This document shows, piece by piece, positions 12,031 through 22,665 of a stretch of 64,000 nucleotides of DNA (its first letter is position 1; each line of letters opens with the position of its first letter). Location: NCBI GenBank assembly GCA_964234715.1, contig OZ174276.1; one strand, given 5' to 3'. This DNA is from Podarcis melisellensis (Eukaryota). The notes beneath the pieces were generated by a model, which was not told the DNA's origin, did no database searches, and saw only the letters and a list, made by a program, of their open reading frames with translations. The position numbers and the translations under genes were made by a program.

Positions 12031-12160
12031 CAGGCATAGGCAAACTCGGCCCTCCAGATGTTTTGGGACTACAACTCCCATCATCCCTAGCTATCAGGAC
12101 CGGTGGTCAGGGATGATGGGAATTGTAGTCTCAAAACATCTGGAGGGCCTAGTTTGCCTG
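12031..12160. mobile_element. palindromic hAT MITE with shortened right TIR
   Basis: CAGGCATAGGCAAACT...AGTTTGCCTG; perfect 8-bp TSD TGCTAATA (12023-12030, 12161-12168). Confidence 0.9.
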
Positions 12161-13090
12161 TGCTAATATGTGAAATTTCATGGTGAGCTCCAAAAAGAAA
12201 GGAACTGTATAGAAATTTGCAAGGAGGTAAACGGCAATTCTGTTTAGCACCACCATTTGGTCACAAGAAATTAACAATAATGACAGCCAAGTGAGGCGGG
12301 GAGAAACGTCCATCCAGTCTGCCTTCAGTAGAAACCATTTCTGGATGTGATAGGGTAAAAGTGCAGGAACTCAAGGGAGTGGAGTACTGCTTCCTGTTTG
12401 TTCTATCCTCTATTAATTTCTTTACTTCATTTCAACATTTATTTGAGTGCCTGCTCCATTATAGAGTGGGGCAGCAAGTTCTGCAGATCTGTTTACAGAT
12501 AACAAGTCTGAACGCACTTAATGTGGAATGCAAGCCCTGAATTCACTTCTATTTCTGGTGACTTAAGATTCAAATTTTTGAAAATGTTATTTGAGCAGAC
12601 GCCTAGATTTCTCGGCATACACATCCGTATTAAAGTAAACCCCCTCCATTTAAATGGGACGACACTTTAGCTAGAATCGTAGAATTGTAGAGCTGGAAGG
12701 GAACCTGAGGGTCATCTAGTCCAATGCTATGTCAGTGCCTTTTCTGTTTCAGCATCTTTTTATGTACAGAATGCAATGGAAGCTGAGGATTCCCAGTAAC
12801 GGCACCCTGCTGTTAACAGCAGCAGAATCAGCAGGAGCAGCTGCAAATGCAGCAAGGTGCAGAATGAGCAAACAATTGAAAATAACCTTGCAGAAAGCAT
12901 CATAATTCTATATATATTTATGGTGACTAATTCCTGTATCTGTGAATTGATGTAAAAGTCAATTATGTTTCTACAAGGTAAAGAATAGAGGGGGGTGTTT
13001 CTGTATCTCTCAGAAGACAATAGCAACAATAAACAACACGTTGAAACTTGAACCTCTCCGTGCCAGGCAAAGGTCTTTTTCTTTTCCTAG

Positions 13091-13105
13091 ATACCTTAAC
13101 CTCTG
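13091..13105 (+). other. candidate 15-nt 5'UTR micro-exon of SMIM6
   Basis: TCTTTTTCTTTTCCTAG|ATACCTTAACCTCTG|GTAAGC: strong acceptor and donor 15 nt apart. Confidence 0.4.
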
Positions 13106-13329
13106 GTAAGCATATTCAAAGACAGGGGAGCCCTTAATAAAACCCACCAACCCTGGCTCATGGAAATTTGGCCAAACAAGGCCCCTGATGCTTTTAAAAA
13201 GAGTAGCTAAGGGGACCAGGCACCTCTACTCCCAACAGAAGTTGACACTGTCCTAGTGATGCTGCTCCTATTCCAGTGGTCTATGTATTAAATGCACATA
13301 TTGTTTTAATTCTCCAGGGCCTGGCAACG

Positions 13330-13521
13330 ATGTCCACTTCAATACAAACTGCTTCTCAAGACATTCTAAAACAACTGAAAACTCGGATTCTGTCAGATGA
13401 CTGGGCTCTTGGGGGACTGGTAGTAATAGCTTCATTCGTCATGGTTATCATTGCACTCCTGTTGTTCGCTGCCATCTTTGGCTGCTGCTCAACTCCAAGG
13501 AATAAATCTGGCCCCATATAA
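13330..13521 (+). CDS. SMIM6: SMIM6 / endoregulin orthologue, 63 aa (MSTSIQTASQDILKQLKTRILSDDWALGGLVVIASFVMVIIALLLFAAIFGCCSTPRNKSGPI)
   Basis: W..GGL.VI..F......L.LFA..FG TM motif as in recalled mammalian SMIM6; acceptor CTCCAG at 13312-13317; ATG with A at -3; syntenic between SMIM5 and RECQL5 exon 8. Confidence 0.85.
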   Translation: MSTSIQTASQDILKQLKTRILSDDWALGGLVVIASFVMVIIALLLFAAIFGCCSTPRNKSGPI

Positions 13522-14203
13522 AACAGCAAGAGCAGCCTTGCCTGTGAAATCTGAGAAATGCTGAAGTGGGACCAAGAAGGGGGAAGTATTGTTGCTTCTT
13601 GACACCCCTGTTTCACATGTACAAGTGAACTTGCTACAGAGGAAATTTGGCACTGTTCAAAGGCACACGACCAGCTTCCACACGAGGCCTGACACCAAAT
13701 GAAATCAGCATTAAAGAAGCATGTGCCTGAGCAGGTCTGATTCACAACTACTTCTAGCAAAGGAAGTGACAAAAATTGTTTGAGAAATAGCTGACATGTA
13801 AGAATTTGAAAATTCAAAGAATGTTTAGTTTTCCTTGAAATTGTACATTTGTCTTTCTTCTTTTGCAACCAGTATAAGTATAAATAACCTAATCAATAGT
13901 GAAACTAAATGAGACTAAATGAGCTGTGTTTTTTAAATGCATCCACATGAATCCCTTCCGCCAATTCTTATCCTATTTCCATAATCTGACAGAGCTGAGC
14001 CAAAGGGTGGAGGAAGAATGCCCATTTCATTAAAATCTTCAATATAATTATCCTCTTTCCTTTAGAGATGTTTCCAGCTGCTTCAAAAGGGTTGAAAAAT
14101 CACTTTGCTTGTATAGTAATTCTTGAATGGAAAGGATTACCAGTACATTGCTCTCTCTAAATGAGATTCATCTGTCACTAGAGAGTTTAGCACCTAGCCC
14201 ACC

Positions 14204-14361
14204 CAGGCATAGGCAAACTCGGCCCTCCAGATGTTTTAGAACTACAACTCCCATCATCCCTAGCTAACAGGACCAGTGGTCAGGGATGATGGGAATTGTA
14301 GTCCCAAAAAATATCTGGAGGGCTGAGTTTGCCTGTGCTAATATGAGAAATTTCATGCCTG
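14204..14361. mobile_element. palindromic hAT MITE (same family as 12031 and 62029) with ~20-nt insert in the right TIR
   Basis: CAGGCATAGGCAAACT...GTTTGCCT[GTGCTAATATGAGAAATTTC]ATGCCTG. Confidence 0.88.
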
Positions 14362-14635
14362 ACCTAACCAAATCTGATTGGCTACTTAGCATTGTAATAT
14401 CAGCACATGAACCCTAAACAGCTAGAATATCTCAAGGTTGGGAGGAGTGACCCTGAAGCAACAGTAGAAAGGGAAAACAGTAGCTATTATCATCCAGCAC
14501 TCTCATATGAATTCAGGCAGCCACCACCGAAAACTATAAGAACTGAACTCAAGGATTGTATTATAAACTTCTTGACTTAAATAGTTTAGGGATATTTTGT
14601 TTCAACCAAAACACAATTCTTTCAAAATTTTAGAC

Positions 14636-14883
14636 CAGGGACGTCCAAATTCTCATACCACGTGAGCCTCAAGAATACTCTGCCATGGAACACATGGGCC
14701 GTCCCCTGCCTTGTCGCATGGGGTGGGGTGGGAGCGAGGCCAAATTCTGACACCCCGCCAACCCTCACGCTGTCTTCCCAAAGCCCAGCCAACCCTCACT
14801 TACCCAGCTTTGGGAAAGCAGCACGAGGGCTTGAGGGGGGGCATCAAATGTTGCTGAGGGCTGCCGGGTGCTTCAACACCCTG
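14636..14883. mobile_element. hAT MITE
   Basis: CAGGG...CCCTG termini with perfect 8-bp TSD TTTTAGAC (14628-14635, 14884-14891). Confidence 0.85.
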
Positions 14884-14974
14884 TTTTAGACCATGCATAA
14901 ATAAAAAAAGGTAACCTTACTTTAGAATGCCTGACCAATTTGTCTTCAAAATTACTGAATACATATTCTATGCT

Positions 14975-15036
14975 GGAATAGCTCTGTTGGTAGAGAATCA
15001 GACTCTTAATCTCAGAGTTATGGGTTTGAACCCTGC
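14975..15036 (+). mobile_element. decayed tRNA-Lys(CTT)-derived SINE head
   Basis: TAGCTCTGTTGGTAGAG..GACTCTTAATCTCAG..GGGTTTGAACCC resembles tRNA-Lys(CTT) with a broken B box and acceptor stem. Confidence 0.65.
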
Positions 15037-15435
15037 TAAATTCACATTACGAGAACCAAGAGATTACAGTTATACAGGATAAAAAAATCAAAATAAGGAA
15101 CTATGGCCTTCTACCTGTCCCCTTATTCCATTTTAATAGCAAGTTAATGCAACCACAGTCTGCATCATAAGAAAGCTGTCGAGCATTTTTATTTGCTCCT
15201 ACCATATGGCCATACCTGTAGTAGGGCATCTGCGTTAGATTATGGGCATATCTACATTTGCCTAGAGTTAGCTAGATATATATCACTCTTACCTCTCCAA
15301 AAATAAGCCAGCAACAGCTACAGCATAGCATTTTGTTTCAAGTACAGAGTTCTCAATTTAGTACAGGTTGCAATTTGTGTAGTGGTTACTTGTCTCTAAT
15401 TAGGGACCCCTGCTGGATATGTGCATATTGGGCTG

Positions 15436-15866
15436 TGTCGGGTCGGCCGGGGGCATGGACGACCCCCAGGCAAACGACAGGAACATTTCCAGCCTGTCCC
15501 TCCCATCAGCATGCAGCTCTAGGGAGTTCCGACAGCCTTCCCCAACAATTTAGAGTGACTCATGCCTTGGAGACACTGAGCACACATCCAGAATCCAGCA
15601 GAGATAAAATGCAGTCAGAGCTAGGCTGGGGTTGTAAGCACTAAGCTACTTTATTAAGCATAAGGCAGAGCAAAAGAAAACATGTCTCCTCTCTCTGGTC
15701 TTCCTCAGAGAGAAGTCAGAAGTGAAAGCAAAAACAAATGGAAGCAGAGTACAGTAAACATCCGCTCCCATGATTCCAACAGTTGGTGCTGGAATGCATA
15801 ACACAGACATGTGATGAACCAGTTCCTACACAATATCTGCACAGTGAGAGGAATAGAAACCCAACA
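15436..15866 (-). mobile_element. solo LTR (431 bp)
   Basis: TGTCGGG...CCCAACA termini (TG...CA, imperfect 7-bp inverted ends); 5-bp TSD GGCTG (15431-15435, 15867-15871); AATAAA on - strand at 15655-15650. Confidence 0.8.
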
Positions 15867-16470
15867 GGCTGCAGTCAACGAAATAGTTTCACTAGCAGGA
15901 ACCAATGCAGTGAGACTCCCCGCCCTCCCCATAACTCTTTGGGAGGTTGGGAGAAACCCCAGAAGAGTGCACAGGGATGGGAGAGGGGAAATTGTTCCAT
16001 TTGGCAAGCAGGAAAGCTCGCACTCATGGAACGACCGTAATAGCACTGCAACGAATTCCATCCAAAATATCCAACTCTCTAAAGGGCTGACCATTCCAAA
16101 CATCTATGCAAAGTTTCACAACCAATGGACCACCATACATCACAGGAGGAAGCTTCATCCCTAAACAATATTCAATTAAAATTATTTCTGCATCAAGCCA
16201 TTAGGTTTCATATTGCCTTTCTTTTCAAAGAAGTTAAAGCTAGTGAGAGGTTCCAAAAATACAGTAATATGTAGAATAGATTTCCTACCAGACCTTTAAC
16301 AGAACTCTGGTAAAGGTAATACAACATGGGCCATTTGTGCTACCACATACACACAAACCCCCATTATGAGTTCAGTCTATCATGTTGCATTTACATGTCG
16401 TAAAAAGCAAAGCCCTCAAGATTCCAATCACCAGGAAACAAATATATGTTTCTCCAATCCATCAACCTAC

Positions 16471-16556
16471 CCCAGTTCTTCAGAGAAGGCCACCATAGCA
16501 TCAAAATCTTTCAACATAGCTTTACTGGAGTCTTTCCATCTGGAGCCTCGCTTTTC
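16471..16556 (-). CDS. RECQL5: RECQL5 coding exon (exon 8): EKRGSRWKDSSKAMLKDFDAMVAFSEELG
   Basis: Continues frame; aligns to recalled human EKRG...FDALVTFCEELG; TTCAG acceptor, GG|GTAGGT donor; I found no further RECQL5 exon in 1-16470. Confidence 0.92.
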
Positions 16557-16705
16557 CTGAAGAAAGGTAAAGACAAATAAGCAAAACCACTTATTTTTAG
16601 AAACACTGTGTTCAAAAGCAAGCTTTCTTTCACAACTACGGCTCTTTCCTCTAGTTGCATTGCGACACTATAACCAACTATTTATTCAACTCTGTAGGAG
16701 TGCTA

Positions 16706-17073
16706 AAGGTAAAGGTAAAGGTACCCCTGCCCGTACGGGCCAGTCGTGTCCTACTCTAGGGTTGTGCGCCCATCTCACTTAAAAGGCCGGGGGCCAGCGC
16801 TGTCCGGAGACACTTCTGGGTCACGTGGCCAGCGTGACGAAGCTGCTCTGGCGAGCCAGCACCAGCGCAGCACACGGAAACGCCGTTTACCTTCCCAATA
16901 TAAAACGGTACCTATTTATCTACTTGCACTTAAGGGTGCTTTCGAACTGCTAGGTGGGCAGGAGGTGGGACCGAAAGACGGGAGCTCACCCCACCACGGG
17001 GATTCGAACCGCCGACCATGCTATCGGCAAGCCTTAGGCACTGAGGTTTTACCCACAGCACCACCCGCGTCCC
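16706..17073 (-). mobile_element. full-length Sauria SINE
   Basis: Head GGGACGCGGGTGG, B box GGTTCGAATCC, (ACCTTT)n tail, perfect 12-bp TSD GTAGGAGTGCTA (16694-16705, 17074-17085). Confidence 0.92.
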
Positions 17074-17449
17074 GTAGGAGTGCTACACATAGGTAAAACC
17101 ACCAACTTTTCAGGTGCACCTTTTGTGCAGCTCAGTGCAACCAAACCTTAATATTATATTTTTCATCCTAGTGTTGCCTCCAGTACTTCTCTAATGCAGC
17201 AACAAATGACTCCATATGTAGCCCCTCTGAAGTGACAGTCGGGAAATCTAAAGGTCTCTATACGGCCACGTATTTAGTAAAATGTATATCTTGCCCTCTT
17301 AATTAGCATGTGCAAGGACCTCACAAAATTAAAATTACATACAATTACACTACATCCATGCAAGAGCATAATATATAGTTCACTGTAATCAAAGGACCAT
17401 TAGCTAAGGCATGTGAACTGCATTGAACCATGTCACACAAGGCTCTCAC

Positions 17450-17612
17450 CTGCAACGTAGCAAGTTCCTTCTTGATCAGGAAGCTGATTTGATCCCTGTC
17501 ATCCCGCGAGTAATAGAGGCGACAGCTGGATGGCTTTCCATCTCTCCCAGCCCTTCCGGACTCCTGGTAATACCCAGCTATAGATTGTGCAAGATTCCAA
17601 TGTGCAACAAAT
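17450..17612 (-). CDS. RECQL5: RECQL5 exon 7: [55 protein letters not shown]
   Basis: RecQ motif VI ([12 protein letters not shown]); AG/GT boundaries; 163 nt. Confidence 0.96.
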
Positions 17613-17871
17613 CTGCATGGTGTAAGACAATTAAGCTATTACCTTCAAATCCCTATCTGAACAAAACTAGAACTGCATACAAATCCAGGACAAAACTAAG
17701 CATAAAAAAAGAGAGACCACTCTGTGAGAAGCCCAATTTTTGCTGTTAATTACACCCTTCTGTTAAGAAGGACAGGCAACGAAATATAGTGGTACCAGGT
17801 TCTTCCAGATGTTGAGCAAATGTATATTGAACAAACAGTATGCATCGCCCATTTAGGATGACTTCACACAC

Positions 17872-17983
17872 CTGACATTAGCTTTGTCAACTCCCATTCC
17901 AAAACTGATAGTAGCAACAATAACTGGAACCTTCTCCTCCATCCATTCATTCTGAACCGATGTTCTATCTGCTACTTTCAGTC
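17872..17983 (-). CDS. RECQL5: RECQL5 exon 6: [37 protein letters not shown]
   Basis: Helicase motif V; AG/GT; 112 nt. Confidence 0.96.
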
Positions 17984-19323
17984 CTGAGAAGAAGCAAAAG
18001 ACAAGAGTGTGATACCAGCAGGAAGAACCTCTGCTCTTACCGTCATCACCAAGGGGCAAACCACACCAACCTATCAGTCCCTAGTTGTCTTTGAATCCAT
18101 CTACCTGCCTACTTCTCCTATCCTGTTTTGCCAGCATATGTGAGGGGAATCCAAGACCTAAAACAGAATTCTCATGGTCTGAGGATGGAGTCTAACTCCA
18201 TAAGCTCCCAAGACTATGTGTACTCAGATCCCCAAACCTCCTTCAGACACAAAAGGGAATAAAAATGTGGTCCGTAAAGCACTGTGATTAGCAGGGAAGC
18301 AATGAGGCTTCCAGTTTGGCCAGGCAGAAGAATTAGAAGTCCTGCTTGGGTCAACAGAGCAGCACCTACAGCCTGTGACACTCTAGGACCCAGCTCCTGA
18401 TGGCAGGGAGCATGTGTTAGAGTATACATTCCAGTTCCTTGCATAGCTGCCTGTGATCTCAACCTAGTACTGACAAGAAGTATCATCGAAAAAGCAGTAC
18501 AGAACAAGTTTAGAAGCCAAGTATGAGACGTTTTCCCTTGGAACTCATGTGTGGGGAAACTAAAGCAAAGTTGAGTGCAAAGGGCTTCAGGGAAAGTCAA
18601 TACACCAAAAGTACTCAATTTAGCAACACTTTTGGCATTAATTCAAACATCCAGTTGCAAGCCAAATAAAAAGGGGAAAGGGAAGAAGGTAGTGGGTTGA
18701 GATAAGCGTTCAGAAATGGCAGAAGAAACAGGAGGACTAGGAAGGGAAGCATGGGAGAATCATGAGGCAAAGAAAAGCAAGCCGGAGCAGGAGAAGTTTG
18801 GGGGAGGTCCAGGAAATGAGAAATTACAATAAGAAAGCACATAGAGAAAAGGGACTAGGAGAAAGGGAGCTGGGCTAAAGTTAACTAGGAATAGAAAGGA
18901 ATGCTGGGGTATGGCAATCATTCACACACATCAGCCTCCCCAAACCCAGTGCCTCCCAGGTGCTATGGATTATAACCCCCATTATATCTAACCATTGGCC
19001 ATGCTGAAGAGAGGTGCAGTCCAGAACAGATGCAGGACTTTGCCACTCCCTCTGGCCCTGTATTTTGAGCGACCTGAAATCTTACCCCTGACACAATGAT
19101 CTGGCAGGATAATAAGGCTCCTGTGCTTTGGAATGGACTCTATTCAGCAAGATCATATCAGTGTGGTACTAAATTTGCATTCTAAAGAACATATTAAAGA
19201 AAAACAAGTCAAGACCGGGCTTTGCAACCCACAGTATACTGACTGGACCCTGAGGCTAGAATAAAGAACCCTTTCGCATACTTAAAAAATGCTTACGAAT
19301 CAAAGTAACACAGCTTTTTCTAC

Positions 19324-19429
19324 CTGCATGATATGCCTTGGAGTTGACTCCTCTGTAGCTAAGTTCAATAGCCACTTGTTCACATACTTCTCTCTTCCTG
19401 CAGTAGACAATTCCGCAGCCTGAGTAGCG
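19324..19429 (-). CDS. RECQL5: RECQL5 exon 5: [35 protein letters not shown]
   Basis: Motif IV (GIVYC) and YHAG; AG/GT; 106 nt keeps frame. Confidence 0.95.
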
Positions 19430-20926
19430 CTACACAGGGGGAGGAAGAGTAGGCAACATAAATCAAAGTGTCATAAGGAAACCTATTAATGTTATTAAGA
19501 GCTGGTATAGATCCAAGGTATCAAGAAGAACAAAACAACGGGTGGTATTCAACTGCCACATCCCTGTCAGCAAAAGGATTTCCACTTGTGCAACAGGACT
19601 TTCCCTCTTTTCCACACAAACATAAATCCTTGTGCTGACAGAACAAGAAATTTAGTGCTGTGATGGATTCCAGCCAGTGGTAATAGCCTTTCATATGCAT
19701 GCCTTATGATCAACATTGTACATATTTTATGCAGGAATTTCATAGAAGGGAACATGCAATCCAATGAAATCAACTCTCTTGAGAATCTCAGATTTAACTC
19801 TTCCTCCTCTCCCTTAAAAGAAGTTATTGGGAAATGCTTTAAAAATGTATGAACTACAATAAACACTAAATCCACAGAAGGGCTTCTGGTCCTTAAATTC
19901 TATGAAGGACTCTGACAGATCTCTCAATCCTACCTTCACAGTGAATGACAGCATGACAGCATTGCTTTACAAGCAAAGCCTCTGGTCCTTGGGATACCAG
20001 GCTGCCAAATTAGTGAGGGGTTCTGAAGAGATTAACAGGGTAAAAGATGGGCACTTATCCAGTGGGTGCCCTTACAATGCTTGCTGGCTGGAAATGGAGG
20101 CTATGGCAGCACTGGACAGAATTGCTTCAACTCCCCTGTGCAAGGTGTCCATGAGCCCTTGCTGAGGGACATTATTAAAGAATTTGGCCTGCCAGTCCAT
20201 TGGCAGAGTTTGGAGCTGGGCTGCCAGGAGAGGTGGTGGCTTTCTTCTCTGAAGCACCTCAGTGACTGCAGAGTGAGAGAGCATGCTGAGTGCTGCACAT
20301 GCCCAGTGTGGTGCCCCACCCCTGTTGCCACTCCCTTTGCCAGTGAGCAGAGCACCACATACAGGAGGCTTGGAGACGTCTACTCACTACTCTTGAATCT
20401 GCTTGCTACTCTGGGCAGCTATCTCCTTCTCTTGATGGGGGATGCAAGGGGCTCAGGGAGATCGTTTGCTACCCTGGGCAGCTGTCCCCCGTCAGCTGGA
20501 GGCTGTGCAAACTGGAGGATCATACAGCGCTGGGCACCATCACAATGCCCAATGCTCTAAAAGCATTGTAATCTCTCCCTGTCCCTGTATACGCCTAAGG
20601 ACTATAAGCAACTGCCAAGCAGTAGCCCAGGAGCAACCACATTGCCCTGCTTTTCTCTAGAAGGCAGAGCCCAAAGCTGGAAGGTTCCTCTTTCTAGACA
20701 AGACAAAGGTTGTTGTTTTTTCCTGATTGGCCTTGCCTTTTTCCCAAGTGGAGTTAACTGTTTACTGTCTGCTCTGCTGTTCGAGAACCCCCTTTCATTC
20801 ATCCCCTGCCCCAAAATTAAGTTTTAGGAAATATATTCCAATCCACTTAAAACGAAAGCTGCTTAGAGTAAGATAGGCAGGGGAGAAAACTTTAAAAACA
20901 AAATGTTTCCTACAGATTTAACTCAC

Positions 20927-21445
20927 CCCAGAGTCATTCTTCTGCCCAAGACACTTCAGACAGAACTGTTTCAGGTTTTCATACGGATCCGTTAAGGTAT
21001 CTTTATATTGCACATCATAGAACAGGTTGGACCTGAAGCAAGGTGTTTTGAAAGTGGCAACAGGCCTCTTTAGCTTAAGCGATGCAACAATATCATCTTG
21101 GACCTGTTTAGTGGCTGTGGCCGTCAGGGCTATGCATGGAGTGTTGGGTATTTGACCGCGCAAAGAGCCAAGTCTCAGGTAGTCTGGTCGGAAGTCATGC
21201 CCCCACTGAGAAACACAGTGAGCCTCGTCAACTATTAGGTAGGAAAGGAGGTTTCGAGACACTAGAACCTTCAGGGTAGGCTGAAAGGAAGAGGAAGCTG
21301 CCATCTCTGGTGTGATGTAGAGGAGCTTTATCTGAGGCTTGTCACACATCAAGTCAGCTAAGATGGCCTTTTTCTCCTGAGCAGAAATCTTGGAGTTAAG
21401 AGAGCTGGCTTTCACTCTGAGCAAGAGCAAATGATCCACTTGGTC
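20927..21445 (-). CDS. RECQL5: RECQL5 exon 4 (DQVDHL...[18 protein letters not shown]...LTATAT...KNDSG)
   Basis: DEAH box and RecQ aromatic-rich loop; 519 nt; AG/GT. Confidence 0.98.
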
Positions 21446-22030
21446 CTGTGAAAGAAAAAAGAGCAAGGTGCTTAGAGGAAAGCATCCTTCTACCAAAATA
21501 GCTGTCATACAGATATATTCCTAATCAATCAGGCTTTACCACCAGCCCTGTAGTTTGCAAAACACATCTCCATGTTATATTTATTTTAAAGACTTAAAAT
21601 ATTGTTCTTTTACAGAAATTGGTTGTAATTAGGTAGCCTAACATAACCAAATGACAAGACTGTCACTCTCTAGTCTATTTCATTAGCAATGATAATTTCA
21701 CAATGTCTGGCAAACAATTTGTTTCTCTTAGGTAGTGAAGTTCAAGAAACCATATTAGTTTACTTTAGAGAACAGGGAATTGTGTCAATATATTGCATTT
21801 TTATCTGCATAACAGATACATTTAAAAAAAACACCAGAATAACCTTCTTCACTCAAACATCCAATACATTAAGAATATTAGGAATTAGTATAAAAAGGAT
21901 TATTTCTATCAGGTTATAGCACACCACTGAATTATACAATAACATAACTATGATCTGTGTTTGGTCAACTAGACACCACAGATGAGGTGGATTCAGCTCA
22001 TATGGTACCTATTCTATTTCAATCATCTCA

Positions 22031-22414
<384 letters not shown>

Positions 22415-22420
22415 TTACAC

Positions 22421-22665
22421 AGAATCATAGACTAGAGTTGGAAGAGGCTCACCTAGTCCAACACCCTGAAATGCTGGAATCTCAACTAAAGCATCCGTAA
22501 CAGATGGCCATTCAACATCTGCTTAATAACCAGGAGTGTCCACCACCTTCTGAGAGTCCATTCCACTGTCAAACAGAATGTCCTGTCAGAATGCTATTTC
22601 TGATGTTGAGTCAGAATCTTCTTTCTTCCGACTTGAAGCCATTGGTTCAGATCCTACCCTCCAGA
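22421..22665 (-). mobile_element. CR1 LINE 3' fragment
   Basis: AGAATCATAGA..GAGTTGGAAG..TAGTCCAAC tail plus adjacent CR1-like sequence. Confidence 0.65.

Noticed and set aside
13276-13329. 81-aa extended SMIM6 from the ORF track
   Set aside because: Starts at GTG and crosses a clear splice acceptor at 13317; the real start is most likely ATG 13330
13356-13868. 170-aa - strand ORF
   Set aside because: Antisense shadow of SMIM6 and its UTR, non-ATG start, no recognisable homology
14975-15036. tRNA-Lys gene
   Set aside because: Broken acceptor stem and B box; matches SINE heads elsewhere in the window
16482-16484. RECQL5 FSEELG versus recalled human FCEELG as loss of a zinc ligand
   Set aside because: The four Zn-binding cysteines begin at the following GCRH motif in the next exon; this position is not a ligand
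18660-18910. Purine-rich tract as a triplex/H-DNA element
   Set aside because: Low complexity without a clear mirror repeat; common in reptile introns
19902-20660. Cluster of medium ORFs in RECQL5 intron 4
   Set aside because: Mildly GC-rich intronic DNA; no splice-consistent structure or recognisable protein
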